From the NCBI GenBank assembly GCA_010909165.1, contig MU008163.1, positions 1,736,001 to 1,800,000 on the forward strand: 64,000 nt of DNA, in the 5' to 3' direction. Below the pieces are notes generated by a model, which worked only from the letters and a program-made list of their open reading frames with translations, was not told where the DNA came from and did not search any database. Positions 62,398 through 64,000 of the stretch are shown here, one piece after another; position 1 is the first letter of the stretch, and every line of letters starts with the position of its first letter. A program made the position numbers and the translations under genes. The DNA comes from Anthoceros angustus. Its lineage: Eukaryota; Plantae; Anthocerotophyta.

Positions 62398-64000
62398 ATG
62401 GTCGTGATGTCGGCGGTGGAGCTGCTGGGGCATCTGCCGGAGCCTAAGCACAAGGCGGCTCCGGCTTACGATGTCTCCGCGGATGCCTGGTTCAAGGAGC
62501 GGCTGGAGGTGGGCAAGCCGGGTTCAGGCACAGCTGCAATCCGGTTCAAGGAGCCCCCGCCATACGGGAAGAGGGCAGGCTTCGTGCCCCGCAGGGTTGA
62601 GGATTTTGGAGATGGAGGAGCGTTTCCTGAAGTGCATGTGGCGCAGTACCCGCTCAACATGGGCCGGAAACAGGAAAGGCCGGACAGCAAGATTCTTCCG
62701 GTCAGTGTGGATGCGGCGGGGAATATTGCGTTCGATGCTATTGTGAAGCAGGCGGAGAATGCATCCAAGACGGTGTTTTCGCAGCACCAGGATCTGGTGC
62801 CCAAGCTGCCTACTGAGGTGGACACGGGTAGACCTGGTGAGGAGGAAATGGCGGAGAGTACGGAGAGAACGAAGGCCGTGTTGGAGAAGATCGTGAGTGC
62901 CAGGTTGAGCGCTGCGCAGCCCAAGAGTTTGCCGTCTCATTCTACGGAGCCGGCTTACATCAAGTACACGCCGTCGCAGCAGTCGGCGGCGTTCAATTCT
63001 GGAGCTAAGGAGAGAGTGATCCGTATGGTGGAGATGCCCAAGGATCCCCTGGAGCCTCCCAAGTTCAAGCATAAGCGTGTGCCTAAAGCTTCTGGATCCC
63101 CTCCGGTGCCCGTTATGCACTCCCCGCCTCGGCCGGTGACTGTGAAGGATCAGCAGGATTGGAAGATCCCCCCTTGTATTTCTAACTGGAAGAATCCGAA
63201 AGGGTACACCATTCCGCTTGACAAGCGTTTGGCGGCAGATGGGAGGGGTTTGCAGGAAGTTCAGATTAATGATAACTTTGCTAAGTTTTCGGAGGCGCTA
63301 TATGTTGCAGAGCAGAAGGCTAGGGAAGCCGTGGAGATGAGATCGAAGATCCAGAGGGAGCTGATCCTGAAGGAGAAGGAGAAGAGGGAGCAGGAGCTCC
63401 GTATGCTGGCTCAGAGGGCTCGCATGGAAAGGGCAGGTGGTGGTGCAAGTGCTGGGGGGGATAGAGCTGGAGCGTCTGCTGGAGGCGGTGAAAGAGGGTT
63501 AGGTGTTAGTGGAGGAGCAGGGGATAGAGGTCATGGCGAAATGGATGGTGGAAGGGGAGGTCCTAGCAAGGAGGACCGGGTGAGGGAGACCAAGGAGGAA
63601 CGGGAAGAAAGGCAAAGGAGGGAGTCCATCAGGGAAGATAGGCGCAGAGAGAGGGAGAGGGAGAGGAGGTTGGAAGCTAAAGATGGCCCTGTCAGCAAGA
63701 AGAGCAAGCTCACCAGAGACAGGGACAGGGACGTCAGTGAAAAGGTTGCTCTTGGTATGGCACACGTTGCTGGAGGCGGTGAAGAGGTTATGTACGACCA
63801 GCGTCTGTTCAACCAGGAGCAGGGCATGGAGTCTGGCTTTGGGGCGGACGATTCCTACAATGTGTATGACAAGGGTTTGTTCTCGTCTCATACAGCTCTT
63901 GGAGGCCTTTACAGGCCTAGGAAAGATGCTGATAACGATGCTCCTGCCAACGATGAGCATCTCAAGACTGATAGGTTCAGAGCAGATAAAGGATTTGCAG
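62398..64000 (+). CDS. SKIP: SNW/SKI-interacting protein (SKIP), intronless, runs off the window end
   Basis: Manual translation: PPYGKRAGFVPRRVEDFGDGGAFPEVHVAQYPLNMG; DPLEPPKFKHKRVP; DWKIPPCISNWKNPKGYTIPLDKRLAADGRG. Absent from the ORF track because there is no stop in the window. Confidence 0.96.
   Translation, partial: MVVMSAVELLGHLPEPKHKAAPAYDVSADAWFKERLEVGKPGSGTAAIRFKEPPPYGKRAGFVPRRVEDFGDGGAFPEVHVAQYPLNMGRKQERPDSKILPVSVDAAGNIAFDAIVKQAENASKTVFSQHQDLVPKLPTEVDTGRPGEEEMAESTERTKAVLEKIVSARLSAAQPKSLPSHSTEPAYIKYTPSQQSAAFNSGAKERVIRMVEMPKDPLEPPKFKHKRVPKASGSPPVPVMHSPPRPVTVKDQQDWKIPPCISNWKNPKGYTIPLDKRLAADGRGLQEVQINDNFAKFSEALYVAEQKAREAVEMRSKIQRELILKEKEKREQELRMLAQRARMERAGGGASAGGDRAGASAGGGERGLGVSGGAGDRGHGEMDGGRGGPSKEDRVRETKEEREERQRRESIREDRRRERERERRLEAKDGPVSKKSKLTRDRDRDVSEKVALGMAHVAGGGEEVMYDQRLFNQEQGMESGFGADDSYNVYDKGLFSSHTALGGLYRPRKDADNDAPANDEHLKTDRFRADKGFA

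Noticed and set aside
62466-63960. Minus-strand ORFs over SKIP
   Set aside because: Antisense shadows of the GC-rich SKIP coding sequence.
35748-64000. Functional cluster of splicing factors (PRP18 and SKIP)
   Set aside because: Two housekeeping genes 25 kb apart; nothing in the sequence supports co-regulation.

Overview
Eukaryotic land-plant genomic DNA. Short GT-AG introns and compact gene packing suggest a lycophyte such as Selaginella (inference, not proven). 1-14 kb is a nest of decayed transposons, including a MULE/SWIM transposase split by a ~3.5 kb insertion. 14.5-16.2 kb is a CYP86-clan P450 pseudogene. 18.3-24.9 kb holds three copies (two direct, one inverted) of a predicted 3-exon gene for an ~88-aa secreted, beta-rich peptide that the ORF track misses. 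25.7-37.1 kb is a housekeeping block (importin-alpha, DDB2, TMEM135-like, PRP18), and SKIP/SNW1 runs from 62.4 kb off the window end. The main discovery candidate lies at 40.65-58.87 kb. It is a TIR-bounded DNA transposon with CATG on both flanks. It carries a minus-strand Sola/DUF7869-like transposase and, divergently, a cargo gene with a ParB-like domain followed by a bacterial-type beta-class N4C/N6A DNA amino-methyltransferase domain. This region is full of overlapping 0.7-1.9 kb tandem duplications with indels, which may be assembly artefacts, so whether the element is intact cannot be judged from this sequence.
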